A DNA stretch of 64,000 bases. It comes from Lophium mytilinum. Its lineage: Eukaryota. Every line of letters starts with the position of its first letter. Position 1 is the first letter of the stretch. The stretch is taken from NCBI GenBank assembly GCA_010093605.1, contig MU004201.1:124001-188000 (forward strand), given 5' to 3'. Below the pieces are notes generated by a model that saw nothing but the letters and a program-made list of their open reading frames with translations, had not been told where the DNA came from and ran no database searches. Below are positions 1 to 12,340 of this stretch, one piece after another. Position numbers and translations under genes: made by a program.

Positions 1-390
1 GCGCGACTGCAATACTTAAGGCTAAGAAGGTTTAGATATAGGACTCTAAAGAGGGCGCTTTTATCGGGGCATTGATAAACTAAGCAAGGCAGGATTTAGC
101 TTTAGCATAATTGTTCTTAATAAGAGGGATTAGTATAAAGAGTAGAATTCTTTACGGCGAAGAGTACTTACGAGAGGCTAGTATATGGGCAGCTGCTAAG
201 GCTATAGTATTTAGTGATAGAGTAAACACGCAAACGCGTCTTAGTGTTTAGCGGGGTCTTTAGAGCGGGGACTTAGCATTACATATATAATGCTAAAAAT
301 TTACAATATTAATTTAGAGTCTTAAAAAAATATCTTTTTACTAAGGTCCTAATATAGAGCGCTTAAATATAATGTTTTTAAAATGCTCTA

Positions 391-780
391 ATCTAAAGTG
401 CCTAGAAATTAGATAGCTATAATAGCATGATCTAAAGTGCCTAGAAATTAGATAGCTATAACAGCCTGATCTAAAGTGCCTAGAAATTGGATAGCTATAA
501 CGACCTAATTTAGAGTGTCTAGAAATTAGATAGCTATAACGACCTAATTTAGAGTATCTGGAAATTGGATAGCTACAATGACCTGATTTAAAGTGGTTGG
601 AAATTAGATAGCTATAACAACCTAATTTGAAGTAGTTGGAAATTTAATAGCCCAAACAACCTAATTGAAAGTGGTTGGAATTTATATAGCAAAAAGAGTC
701 TAATTTAAAGTAGTTATAAATTGTATAGCGAGCATAGGCTAATTTAGGGGGTGTAGAAATTATATAGGGAAAAAGTTCTA
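391..780. repeat. 39-bp tandem repeat, ~10 copies, progressively diverging
   Basis: Unit ATCTAAAGTGCCTAGAAATTAGATAGCTATAACAGCCTG starts at 391, 430, 469 and so on, decaying toward 780. Confidence 0.9.
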
Positions 781-1459
781 AAAACGCGCTGCCTGTAAAT
801 TAAAGGTCTAAGATTATATTAGATAGAAGGTTACTTAGATATATAGGGATATATTTATGTAACATATATTTAATATAACTTTAGATGTTTTATACTATCT
901 TATCCTACTCTACTTAACTTTTTACCTACTCTAATCCCCACCCTAGGGGGTTTTATCTTAAGTAACCTTATGTGTTCCTGTCTTAGATTATATAAGCTTA
1001 TCGCTTAAGAAGTGGCCGGAAGTCTCTGTTATGTAAGTATTATGTAACATCGCCTTACCGTCTTAACTATGTTCCCAAGTATAATGCTAACTATAATCTC
1101 TACTACCTAGGTATGCTAAGATATATATAATATGTTATAGCAATATTAGCTATATCCTAGAAATATTCCCTAAATCGGGACCATTTTCAAAATAAATGTA
1201 AGGTTCCTTCGGAAGGTTCCGTATTATCTAACCCCGCTTATTCCTAATTGCCTACTCTAGATCCCGACCCCTAACTTACTAACTACCTCTCTACTATTAA
1301 GCATTACAACTTATCTTCTATCTTAACCTATTCTGCTACTATTAGACAGCCTATTGTATAGGCTAGCCAGTAAGGCGGCTTACGCGTCTCTTGCCTTAAT
1401 TACTTTACTTTTAGCGCCTGTTGCCGCTTACTACGCCTTCTATAATTGCTTCTATCGTG

Positions 1460-3105
1460 AATGGCGAGGCATCTACTTCTCCTTAGCCTCCCGCGTCTCT
1501 ATCTAAGCGCAAGGGCGATAGTATATTACTGCTTATAAGAATCTAACTTCGACATTTAAAGAACTCTACTAACTCTTCTAGCCCTTGCCTAAGAGGTCTA
1601 CCCGGGCTAAATCGGCGCCTAAGACTACTAAAGCTCCTAAAGCTCCTAAGGCCCCTAAGGCTCTGAAGGCTCTAAAGGCCCCTAAGACTCCTAAGGGCCC
1701 GAAGACCCCGAAGCAAAGCCTTACAATAATAACTTCTAAGTCCTTAAAGGCGGTGTCGCCCTCTAAACCTAGCACCGTAGATCCTAAATTATAAACTATT
1801 GCGGGGGGTTTAACTAGAGAAAGCTTAGTCGATGGGCAGTCTCCCCTAGCTAAGTAGGTTCCGATGGATCCGGTCTTGCACGCGTCTGCCACGACGTTAG
1901 GTGCCACGGATCTAAATAGGGATGCTAGTGCGGATAGTAATAATTACAGCGAAGATAAAGAGAACAACGTCGAGAATAAGGAGGATAATAAGGGAGAGAG
2001 TGGGGGAGGAGACGGCACCTATAAACCTAGACCTTATGTTCGTTCTACTATCCCTAAGACATTAGCTGTAACTCCCGAGGATGTTAGCAATAATTTAGAA
2101 GAAGATGCTGTCGCTCCGACTTCTACCCCTGTACTAACTTAGCGCTCCTCGGCTAAAACACAGCGAAAGAGATCTAGGAAAGCTGCGGCTATTTCTGCGC
2201 CTGTCTTAACCTCTTCTAAACCCTATTATAAGGATCCTAATATAGATATATATAAGGTAGATACTACTTAAGTATTCTTAAAGAGAATTAAGACTAAGTG
2301 CCGGCGGATGTTCTATTAATATTAGTGTTACCACAACGTGGACACTATCATCGCGCAAGCGTGTAGGCAAGACTAAAATCTAGAGGATATGCCTATAAGC
2401 ACTATTAATTCCGCCACTAAAAAGATTAAGAAAAACTATAGCAATTAGCAATATATTTCTATCTTAGCCGCAAAGGTATATTTCTATAGAGTACTTAATC
2501 TTGCGTAATTACTAAAACTTGTAGATAGAACCACGTTTAAAACCTTATAGAGGCTAATGAGAACCTTTGCGTGCAAGAGCGCTGGGATTATCTTGTAACC
2601 TACTTCTCGAGGTGCTACACCATAGAGAACTTTAAGTTCGTTTTTCTATTTATTAGCGGATGGATTTCTATTACAGAATCGGAAGCAATTGTTAATTAGT
2701 TCTGCTAGAGTATGTTATCCTTCTTAATTCTTTAATCTTCTTAATAGGTTCTAACTGTGTTAGGTATCTACGCTAATTTCTACGCTTGTGTAAAGCTGTA
2801 TATAGACTAGCTAAAAGATTAAAAGGCCCTCCGCAACTACCTAGATAGTAGTACAGCGCTTAAGATATTCTTTAAGTAGATGGGACTATATAAAGACTAC
2901 TATAATATTTACTCCTATAATATTATAGCTAAGCGCCGCAGAGAGCTGTTACTTAAGAGCAAGTCCTACAACAACTATAATATTAACGCGGATCCTCGAT
3001 ATAAAGTTTTGCCGGGGAAACTAGAGCGCTTCCACCTCCTTGCGCCGGCCCTCGCGCCGTTAAAGTCCTAGGTTATGGGCTGCTTCATCTCACCTATTCT
3101 GTAAG
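1460..3105 (+). pseudogene. RIP-disrupted multi-exon gene of unknown function with Lys/Ala/Pro-rich (KAP repeat) N-terminus and acidic linker
   Basis: Consecutive ORFs 1585-1794, 1864-2142 and 2880-3071 are separated by RIP-type stops. Fungal-type introns lie at ~1521-1581, ~2476-2524 and 2710-2763 (GTATGT...CTAAC...TAG). Confidence 0.6.
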
Positions 3106-4090
3106 AATGTCTTTAAGATGTATATATAGTAAGGGCTATCTAATATTAGGCTGATTTCTCGGGCCCTAATTTCCTTTAATGATTATAATATATATAATAC
3201 CCGGGGTAGCTCTATTCTAATCTCCTTTTCTTTATCTTCTTACATTTACTTATGTATCTATGCATATTAGCGCGGATATACCTATAGGCAGGCAGTAATT
3301 TAGGCGTTTAAAGATAGGCAGTTAATCTCCTATAAGAAGCACGGCACCTTTCTTTATATCTTATAGTTTAGTTCTTAGACTAGCAGATTTGCGCAGCAAT
3401 GACCGCGCAGAATAATTACAGTATAATAATCTTAATTAACACATTATGCACGCTAAATCTTAAAAGGGTAATAGGTAGTGATTTTAAAATTGTGGTATAT
3501 ATATACGCGGCCGCCCACTATTAGGGATCTTAGGGTTGTGCTTAAACGCGTCTCCAGGTTAGATTAAGGGAAAGGACTTCTGCGCATTCACTCTTTCTTA
3601 AAAGCACTTTGCTGAAGTCTTAAGGTAATTATATTAACGCTATTAACGTCGCTACACAGGCATTTTAAATGTGGGCTAATCTTAATAACTGCGTGTATGC
3701 AAATGCAGCCCCAACTCAATTTTGCGTGCGACATGGTGTTTTTTAAGATTAAAATATTAGAACAAGACAAATCTTTTCTAAAATAAAGCTGCAGCTTTAT
3801 CTATAACTTAAGAGGACGAAGCTATATAGAATAGTTATGGTTTTCTATAATAATTTCTGCGCTAAGCTTTTGCTAAGAAATTTTTTACGTTAAGTATGCC
3901 TTAAGTAATTCTTTGCGCTAAGCCTAACTTAACACTAAGCTTCTTTTACAATAAGTATATCACGCGCAATTACGATAGTACAAGACATATAAAAGCGATT
4001 TTAAGGGGTTAGGAAGGTTTATCTTCTACTTAGATATTTGTAAGCGGTCCCGAAGTTCCCCGTTGCTTACCCCCCGATCGCCGTACAGTA

Positions 4091-5412
4091 CCTAAGGGCA
4101 TGGAAAACCTGCACTCTATCTTCTATTCTTAGCTACTCCACCCGGCTAACGCGGTCTCTATAAAAGGACAGCGTAATCCTAAGCCCCTACCTATATAGAT
4201 AACGCTAATATATTAGAAAGGTAACGCTAAGAAGGTTATAGATAGCCGCCTAGATAGAAGACGTCTTAATTCTACTACCGGTAAAGGGGGCATGCTATAA
4301 TACAAGATTAGGTTTATTAGATGGGACGATGAGCTCTAATAGGATAACTACGATTGCGCTAACGGCTGCCTACACCTTATTGCAGATTTCTACCACTAAT
4401 ACTCTAAGAAACTAGGCCCTTATTTATTATGTTAGGGCTTAAGGTTAGAACATCGGAATTATTAAATTAAATAGTATTAATATTAACAAAAGATAAATAC
4501 AAGAGAGGAAGAGGTTCCTAGGACGGATGTTGTAATAACCTAAAGGGCGGAGCAACGTTTGCCCGTTCCGTAGAGCCTCCATTACGTAACCTCTAGTTAC
4601 GTGTTATGCGTAATTGTATAGCCATAATATATTATTCCAACCACTATTAGACTAGGAGCCGACCTTAGCTACTATCCTTACTGCTATAGACCTCTGCATA
4701 ACTAACGTTGCGGAAGCTACGTAATTTAATTACCGGACCGGCGGTTGAATTAACTTATTAAGGAGGCCTAACTGCGGACATGCGCAATAATTAAATGTAA
4801 TATAACAGCGCACATTATTACAAGCACTTAGTAGCAGGCTAGCAGCTATAAAGGCTATACGGCTCCTTATAGCTCTATTATAGCCGGCCCCAGTTTAAAC
4901 AAATAATAAGATGGCAATATTGCGCATGGCAACGCTACGCATGGCAACACTGCGCATGGCAATACTAGCAGACTAATAGAGTAGCTATATAACACTATAC
5001 TAAACGGTAAGGCTGCGGAAGGCTATATAGAAATAGGAAGGATAAGTAATCCTTTATAGATTAATTTATTTTCTTTATTTAAATTACAACTATAGCACGA
5101 CCTAGTACTTTATTTAATAGATATTTAAGCGATTATAGATACTCTAATATGGAAAGGACTTTCTTACAAGAAGGAGGCTTTAATTAGGGGGCTTCTTTAA
5201 AGGTAGGAGATGTGTTATAGCTACACATTTGCGCATAACACGTGACTAGAGGTTACGTAATGTAGGCTCTGCGGAACGGATAAACGTTGCTCCGCCCTTT
5301 AGGTTATTACAACGTCTGTTCTAGGAACCTCTTTCTCTCTTATATTTATCTTTTGTTAATATTATTACTATTTAATCCAATAATTCCAACGTTCCAACCT
5401 TAAGCCCTAATA
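4091..5412 (+). mobile_element. Gypsy family A, 3' fragment (integrase C-terminus/chromodomain, 3' UTR, 3' LTR 5213-5412)
   Basis: Colinear with 28041-29182. A polypurine tract precedes the 200-bp LTR TGTTATAGC...CCCTAATA. Confidence 0.9.
4430..4629 (-). mobile_element. Solo LTR of Gypsy family A, reverse orientation, 5-bp TSD TATTA
   Basis: Reverse complement of 5213-5412. TATTA at 4425-4429 and 4630-4634. The empty site is seen at ~28375. Confidence 0.92.
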
Positions 5413-5698
5413 AGCAGACGCTAATTAGAAAGCGCTTTAGGCGGCCATTAAAGAGGCATAGCTGGCGCTACCTAATTTACTAATTTTATTACATATTTAG
5501 AGCATGCTAAATTGGGTAGAAGCTCTTAGCTAATCTAAGGGCTGGCAAACTAAGTATTAGTATATAGCTATTAAAATACTATAAAATTATATTACTAGGC
5601 CTTATAGACGTGTTGTACTATTAAAGTAATATACCTTAATTTTTGTCGCCATGCGGGGTAATATAGAGTACTTAGATTAGACTTAAGTCTACTAACTA
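5413..5698 (+). mobile_element. Tc1/mariner 3' fragment with right TIR and TA
   Basis: Homologous to 11015-11300 (end of transposase ...GWQTKY*). Ends GACTTAAGTCTACTAACTA-TA. Confidence 0.85.
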
Positions 5699-5700
5699 TA

Positions 5701-6460
5701 TAGCTAGTCTTAGGGGTATTATTTATATTTTTACTAGTAAGCATTTATAGACTATCTAATAGAAAATATTAGTATAAGATAGAGGGTGTACGTCCTCTAT
5801 AAAAGCTTAGAAGTAGTTATACTCTAGCGCTATTCTTAGTAGCTACTTTCAATTGGAAATAAAAATAGAATAATTACGTATGGATTAGCTAGTTGCGCGT
5901 AATTATAGAAAGCAGGTATATAGGGCCTGCGCGCTGGCCTATTACTAACAGGGTATATATAGTTCTTATCTATTATTAGAAAGTAACTATACTTATATTA
6001 GTTAGTTGCGCGCAATAGTAAGTAGGTTTATAGGGCCTATATACTAATTATAGTAGGCGGGGTATATAGAGTCCTTACTATATAGTTATAGGGCCTTTTT
6101 TTAAGTCTCTCTATATTAATATAGAGGGTATTAGGTTTATATATTAAAATTTTAGCCTATTAAATTAGCTAGGTATATATATAGGTAGGTAGAAAAGAAA
6201 GTACTTCTAGAAACTTCTAGAAGCTAGAAAGGTAGCTATTTTATATTATAGTATAAAAGTAGATTATAAGAGAAGACCTATTTTAGTATATATAGATAAA
6301 GTAGTTTAAAAGAAAGAGAAGGGCGCGGAGCGCTAGCTAAGAAGTAGGCAAGGCTAGTGCTAAGCCTAGTTATATAATAGTAGTTACATGCTAGAGGGCA
6401 TATAACGCGTTGCGTATATTAGAAATAAATTGTAATAGAATTCGCGTTATAGCTATAATA
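5701..6460 (-). mobile_element. Gypsy family C-related 5' LTR (6244-6460) plus internal leader, heavily RIPed
   Basis: 6180-6460 aligns by eye to 59051-59334 and to the solo LTR at 56304-56524. The leftward extent is inferred. Confidence 0.7.
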
Positions 6461-7747
6461 ATAATATTACTAATATAATATAGAATCTAGAAAGATAATA
6501 GGTGCTATAGTAACTTTTAACCCTAACCTATAAATAATTATAGAGTTTGCATTTCTTTACCTTATCTACTCTATAGCGCACTTAGCCCCCATAAATAAGT
6601 CTACTATACTCTCCTTTTCTAGTTTATAGATATTTAGGAGGATTATATCTATCTAGAAATTATAGAAGGTATTATATAACTAGAAGTATTCTAGGCGGCG
6701 CGCGACCTAGCTATAATAGAGAAGATGCCCTCTAGTACTACTTCTTATTAATTTTCTACTACTATAGAGTTTACTCCTACTTACGCTATCTATACTAAAC
6801 TTCTAAGGCTGTAAAAATACAATATCGTTACTATTTTTACTAAGTAAGACTTCCTTCTTAATAAATATTTAATAGAGGTTAGAAAGTAGATATCTAAGTA
6901 GTAGGAGGATATTATTAAAGAAGTAAAGAAGATATAGCCCCTTATCTAGGTAGCTAAGTATAAGGTCTTTAGTTTAAAGTTTTACTTTAAGTATATAGAT
7001 AAGAATAGCTATAAATTGCTTAGTTATTAGTATTCTAATAATCTTTAATATAGGCCTTTCCTACCCTCTTCTAGTAAAGATATAAAGTAGAGAATACAGC
7101 CTTAATACCCTATACTAGCACCCCTAATAACTAAGCTGCTACCGCAGTTATAGGATTTTAACCTGCAGCTGCACCTGCTAGACTCTATTTCTAATTATCT
7201 TCTGCATAATTCTCTTTAACTACCTTGGGACACCCCTATACCTTTTCTACTACTAGCTATAGAGAAACTAAGAGAATACTACTAAAGTAGGTGTATTATT
7301 AGTTACTATCTAGTAGTAGTTAGAATTCTTTTCTCAATATTAACTTAACTTTATAGTAATCAGCTTTATCCTTAGCTGTCCTAGAGAAGGGGGCGAGTAA
7401 GAAATACATATCTTAAGAAATCTCGCCTGCAGAATTATAATAGAGCTCTTATTCTTATAAGGGTTTTTAACCTCCGCTTCCTTAGTTTAATCTATTATAG
7501 TAGGACTAGAGGCCTATTAGCTTCTACTACTATTGTTATTACTACCTATAGAATCTCTTTCTATTTACTAGACTCTCTATTACTTCTATAGTCTATCTAA
7601 GACCTATATAGTGTTCTATTTTAAGTAGCTAGCGTTTATTATAGAATAAGCACTTACTATAGAAGATATACTTATTATAGAATAACTATAGATTATAGAA
7701 TAAGTATAGTACTACCCTTATTCTCTCTATATTCTACCTATATTATA

Positions 7748-9083
7748 TAGTACTAGAATAAAAGTATATACTAATAAACCGTGCGCACCCTACTAAAACG
7801 CGTCGCGTCTTAAATATGTTCCTTCACCACAACACTATAATTCGTTCTTTTAGCTAGGAAATTAGCAGGAACGCTTAAGGATTAAAAGAGCTTTTATCTA
7901 ATGCTTGCTTAGCTATGCTAGTAAAGTATAAAGCCGGCGTTACTAATTAAGATCTAGCTATAGAATTTAGCTATTCTCTCCGGATAGTCTATAATATAAT
8001 TAAGCGCTGGAAACTTTATAATACTACTACTTCCTTAGCCTAAGGCGGCCGGCCAGCAACAGCTATAGTCCGGGAGAAGCGAATGCTCTTTTAGCTTGCT
8101 TAAAAATACCCTAAAATGGAGTACTCCCAGCTAATAAAAGAGGCTTGCCTCTTAGCCCGAGCTAAGCCCCTTTCTATAAGAACTATAGCACGGATTCTCT
8201 AGAGTTTTAGCCTAAGAAACCACCGTTATACTAAGAGAACTAAGCTGAAGCCGGAGCATACTATTTTGCAACGCTAATTCGCTAAAAGGCATAAGAATTT
8301 TAATTAGAAACGCCGGGTTGTTAAGTTTATAGATAAGTGCTTAGTACAGCGGGGTTCTAGAGAGGAAGTAGAGTGGTGCTTTTAGTTTCCAGATAAGAAA
8401 TTTAATTCTAAGATAGTAATAGAGAAAGAGGAGGATAAAAGAATGTTCTAGATAGTATAAAGGGTTATTTAGGTAACCCTAAATAGCTAGATTAGCCGGT
8501 CACCCCTAATTATTATAGAAAGGGACTTTGCAGCTAAGAAGAATAGGTATTTAGGCAAGAGCTATACCCAAACTTTAGAGAAAAGGTTGCTGCTATAGTA
8601 CCTACCTGGGCACATCTTTATGCAAGATAATGCGCTAATTTACAATGCTAATTAGACTAAGAATTAGCTAGAAACCCATGGGATTTAGACGCTTGAATAG
8701 CCCTCCTATTTACTGGACTTAAACCCTATTAAGTATATATAGTAGGTGCTTAAGAAGATAGTCTATAAGCTTTATCTAGAGCTAGTTATAATAGGCAGTT
8801 TAGAAAAGGATTAGAATACTTTAAAGGCTGCTTTAAAGGAGGTATAGATAAAGATACCTAATTTAACTATTAGGTTACTTATTAAGAGCATGCCTAGGCG
8901 CCTAGAGGCAGTAAGGAAGGCTAAGGGCTAGTAAACTAAGTACTAGGACCGAGCGAGTCTTAACACCAAATTTAGCGTAATTTTCTTACGTTGTTGTATG
9001 AATTTGTAACATAGATGTTTACTATAGAATTTAATTTTAGGGCCCGTGCGTTCTATTTAGAATATACTTTTATTAAGCAACTA
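7748..9083 (+). mobile_element. Tc1/mariner (DD34E, impala-like) element, subfamily 2, RIP-inactivated
   Basis: TA flanks (7746-7747, 9084-9085), imperfect TIRs (AATAAAAGTATAT core), and motifs FMQDNA and (S)LDLNPI. Confidence 0.88.
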
Positions 9084-9641
9084 TAGCTAGTCTATATTAG
9101 TCTTTCTATTTCTCTAGCTAACTTTAATATACTATAGCGGCTTTAGGTTCTAGGTAGAGAGGCAACTATTAACTATTACCCTTTATTTCTTCTATTTCCC
9201 CCCCTAATTATTACTACAGCCGATTTTTCTATACTTCTTTTCTTGGTTCTCTGCAATTTTTATTTCTTTACCTACCTAGTCTTCTATTTTTAGCGGTTCT
9301 TAGCATTTATCTACCTAAAATAGTTAATTGTATTATTATAAAATAACTCCTAGGCAGGGGAGTATATAGTAAAGTAACTTAATATACGTATATAGACGGC
9401 ATATAATAAGCATTTAGTCTCCTTTTTAATCACGGAAGGTAGAGTATTATTATCTGTTATCTCTTCTTTATATAAAGTCTATTCTAGGTAGTATAATAGC
9501 TATAATTTTATCTTTAATATAATATAATAAGAACACCCTCTTCTACTCTTTATCCTCTTTAGTAAAGTTAGTTCTTACTTCTATTACTATCCTGCCCTCT
9601 ACTATTATAATAATATTATACATACCTCCTTTATTATATTT

Positions 9642-11826
9642 AGGCGATGCTAACTCTACCCCCCTTCTTACTTGAATTACACCCCTTTTCAACTCTAATT
9701 ACACCCCCCTTCCGTTTAATCGTCTAATTGGCCCGGAGGGCTCGGATTACCGCTCCGGCCCTGCATGGTAAGGCTGCACAGCCTTCCCATTCCATTGTGC
9801 ATTCTTACCGTTTTTAATAGACTATACTCAGCTGCGCGTTAGGCTATAGATAAGGCCGTAGATAAAGCTATAGATAAGGCTGTAGATAAGGCTATATATA
9901 TAGGCCGTACGTAAGGCTATAGTTATAGTAAGGCTATGCAGTATACAGTACTTAGACTTAAGTCTTATCTAATAAACGGTGCGCACCCTACTAAAATCGC
10001 GTCGCGTTAGGAACGCGTCCCATTCACCTCTACACTACACTATAATGACACGCTCTTCTGGAACTCCAATTAATGGGAATACAAGAGGGAATGGCGAGCT
10101 TTTATCTCAACAGCGCATAGCTATTATCGCCAAGCACCAAGAGTGTGTTTCCAATAAGGATTTAGCGGCTAAATTTGGCTGCAACGTGCGCACAATCTAC
10201 ACCACAATTAAATAGTTTAAAGAACACAACACTATAGATTCCTTGCCACGCTCTAGGCCCCCAGAGGTTCTTACACGTTGTAAGAAGCGGGACATTATTC
10301 GAATTGTAAGAAAAGCTCTAAAATTGGAGTATTCCCAGATTATTAAAGAGGCAGACCTAAATGCCCGCCTGAATCAGAAGCACCCCATTTCTAAGAAGAC
10401 TATCTAACGCTACCTTAGAGAGAATAGCCTGCACAAGCGCAGGTGTGCTAAAAGGCTATTGCTAAAGCCTAAGCATGCTGTAATTCGCCGCCAATTCGCT
10501 TAGGATTATAAGAATTTTAACTGGGAAGGCACAACTATTAAGTTTACGGATGAGTGCTCCGTGCAGAGGGGCTCCGGGCAGTAGGCAGAGTAGTGCTTCC
10601 GCTATTCTTATAAGAAATACTACCTAGAGATAATTACAGAGAAAGAGAAGTCCAACAGGATATTACAGATAGTGTGGGCAGCTATTTAGGTAACACCGGA
10701 CGGCTATGCCGGCCGGTCGCCATTGATCATTATGGAACGGGATTGGGAGGCCAAAAAGATGGGCTATTCGGGTAGAAGCTACACTAAGACATTAGAGGAT
10801 GGCCTCTTGGAATAATACCAGCCAGGGGAGATATTTATGTATAATAATGCCCCCATTCACAACTCTAAATGGACCCGTAAGTTTTTAGAATCTTACGGGA
10901 TTTAGACCATAGAATGGCCACCCTATTTACCGGACCTTAACCCCATTAAGCACATGTAGTGGGCGCTTAAGAAGATAGTTTATAAGCTGCATCTAGAATT
11001 GTTAATAATGGGCCAAGTAGAAGCTAATTAGAAAGCGCTACAGGTGGCCATTAAGGAGGCATGGCTGGCGCTGCCTAATTCACTAATTTTGTCACTTATT
11101 CGGAGCATGCTAAATTGGATAGAAGCTCTTAGAATATCTAAGGGCTAGTAAACTAAGTATTAGTATATGGCCATTAAAACACTATAAAATTATATTACCA
11201 GGCCTTACAGCTGTGTTATACTGTTGAAGTGATGACACCGAGTTCCTGTTGATTTTCGTGGCCGTGCGCGGGCTCGGATTAAACTTAAGTCCACTAACTG
11301 TACCTGTTTTACTATGCGTACTTCCCGTTTTCTATAGTATATATAGGCTGTTATATTACTATCTACATGCCTATATACCTATAAGCATTCTAAAACTATT
11401 AAATCCTTACCTTATTACAACCCCTCCGCATTAAGCCTGGCCCCCGGACATTACTGCTGTACTCCTCTAACTATCCTAATTAATATGCCTCCGTTTCCTC
11501 CTTGTATAATACAAGCTAACGTAGGAGCTCCGCATAGCTAAGCTGCGCTAGCGCTGCCTAAGGCTAAGGCTATGCTAGTGGTGGTTTAAGGGCCGTAGTA
11601 AGTGTATTATAGAGGAGGATAAGGATAAGAAGGTAATTATTTATAGCTACGACGCATTTAGGGTTTAGAGAGAGCATTTAGAATTAGTAAGAAACGTAAG
11701 CGAGCGAATTGGAGGCATCGGAGAACCCCTCCGAGCCAATTAGACAATTAGACGGAAGGGGGGTGTAAGTGGAGTAAAAAATGGGTGTAATTAGAGCTAA
11801 AACGGGGTGCGGAGTTAGCATCGCCC
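9642..11826. mobile_element. Non-autonomous TIR element (MITE, MULE-like) with ~120-bp TIRs and 8-bp TSD TTATATTT, interrupted by a Tc1/mariner
   Basis: Termini (A/G)GGCGATGCTAACTC ... GAGTTAGCATCGCCC. TTATATTT at 9634-9641 and 11827-11834. The interior is homologous to 38555-39234. Confidence 0.85.
9946..11300 (+). mobile_element. Tc1/mariner (DD34E) element, subfamily 1, full length, transposase pseudogene ~10045-11163
   Basis: CAGT...ACTG termini with TA TSD. HTH N-terminus (MTRSSGTPING...), FTDECSV, NAPIH and PDLNPI motifs. Near-identical to 51660-53015. Confidence 0.93.
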
Positions 11827-12124
11827 TTATATTTAGCTTTATATCCTCTATCTTCTGTGTTAGTTATGCCTATAGTCTCTAGTATAGCTTAACTAATGCA
11901 TTTATTAGGTTGTTAATAACGCGTCTAATAGACCTATAGATAAACTAGTAGAATTAGTCTATTTCTATAGGAGAAGAGGGTAGCTTATTCTATAGCGGGG
12001 CTTATATATGCTAGGCTTTATAGAAGGTGTCTTAAACGCACTAGTAGGCGTTTTTATAGGGCTTTTAATCGTATTAGGGTTATTATTAATAGTATTATTA
12101 TTAGTTCTATAGGTACTATATATT

Positions 12125-12340
12125 TGTTAGAAGTTATTAATCTAACGCTCTTAGTCACGTAACTTCCGGGACTGCCGGTTACGTGTAGCCCTCTCCTGTA
12201 GTATATATGGGCGATGCCCCTCGAGTTAAATATAATTAAGGATTTACTTTAACAGGTTATAAGCCCGGGTGCTCTACACCTCTAACCTATCTTTACTACA
12301 CCTAATAAGTTATTTTAATAACTCCCTTATAAAAATGTTT
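12125..12340 (+). mobile_element. Ty1/Copia 5' LTR (12125-12254) with PBS and truncated leader
   Basis: 130-bp TGTTAG...TTAACA followed directly by GGTTATAAGCCC, the RIP form of the copia-type GGTTATGAGCCC PBS. Confidence 0.75.

Larger units (their letters stand above)
1..4090. mobile_element. Right-hand part of a large DNA element inserted in Gypsy family A; probable CACTA/EnSpm-like (left end outside window)
   Basis: Sequence switches abruptly at 4090/4091 into Gypsy A sequence (matches 28041 onward). The end ...GATCGCCGTACAGTA reads TACTGTACGG on the other strand, which is CACTG after reversing one RIP change. It carries a tandem repeat and an intron-containing pseudogene. The superfamily is inferred; no transposase was seen. 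Confidence 0.45.

Noticed and set aside
391..780. CRISPR-like array
   Set aside because: Contiguous tandem units with no unique spacers, in a eukaryotic context with no cas genes.
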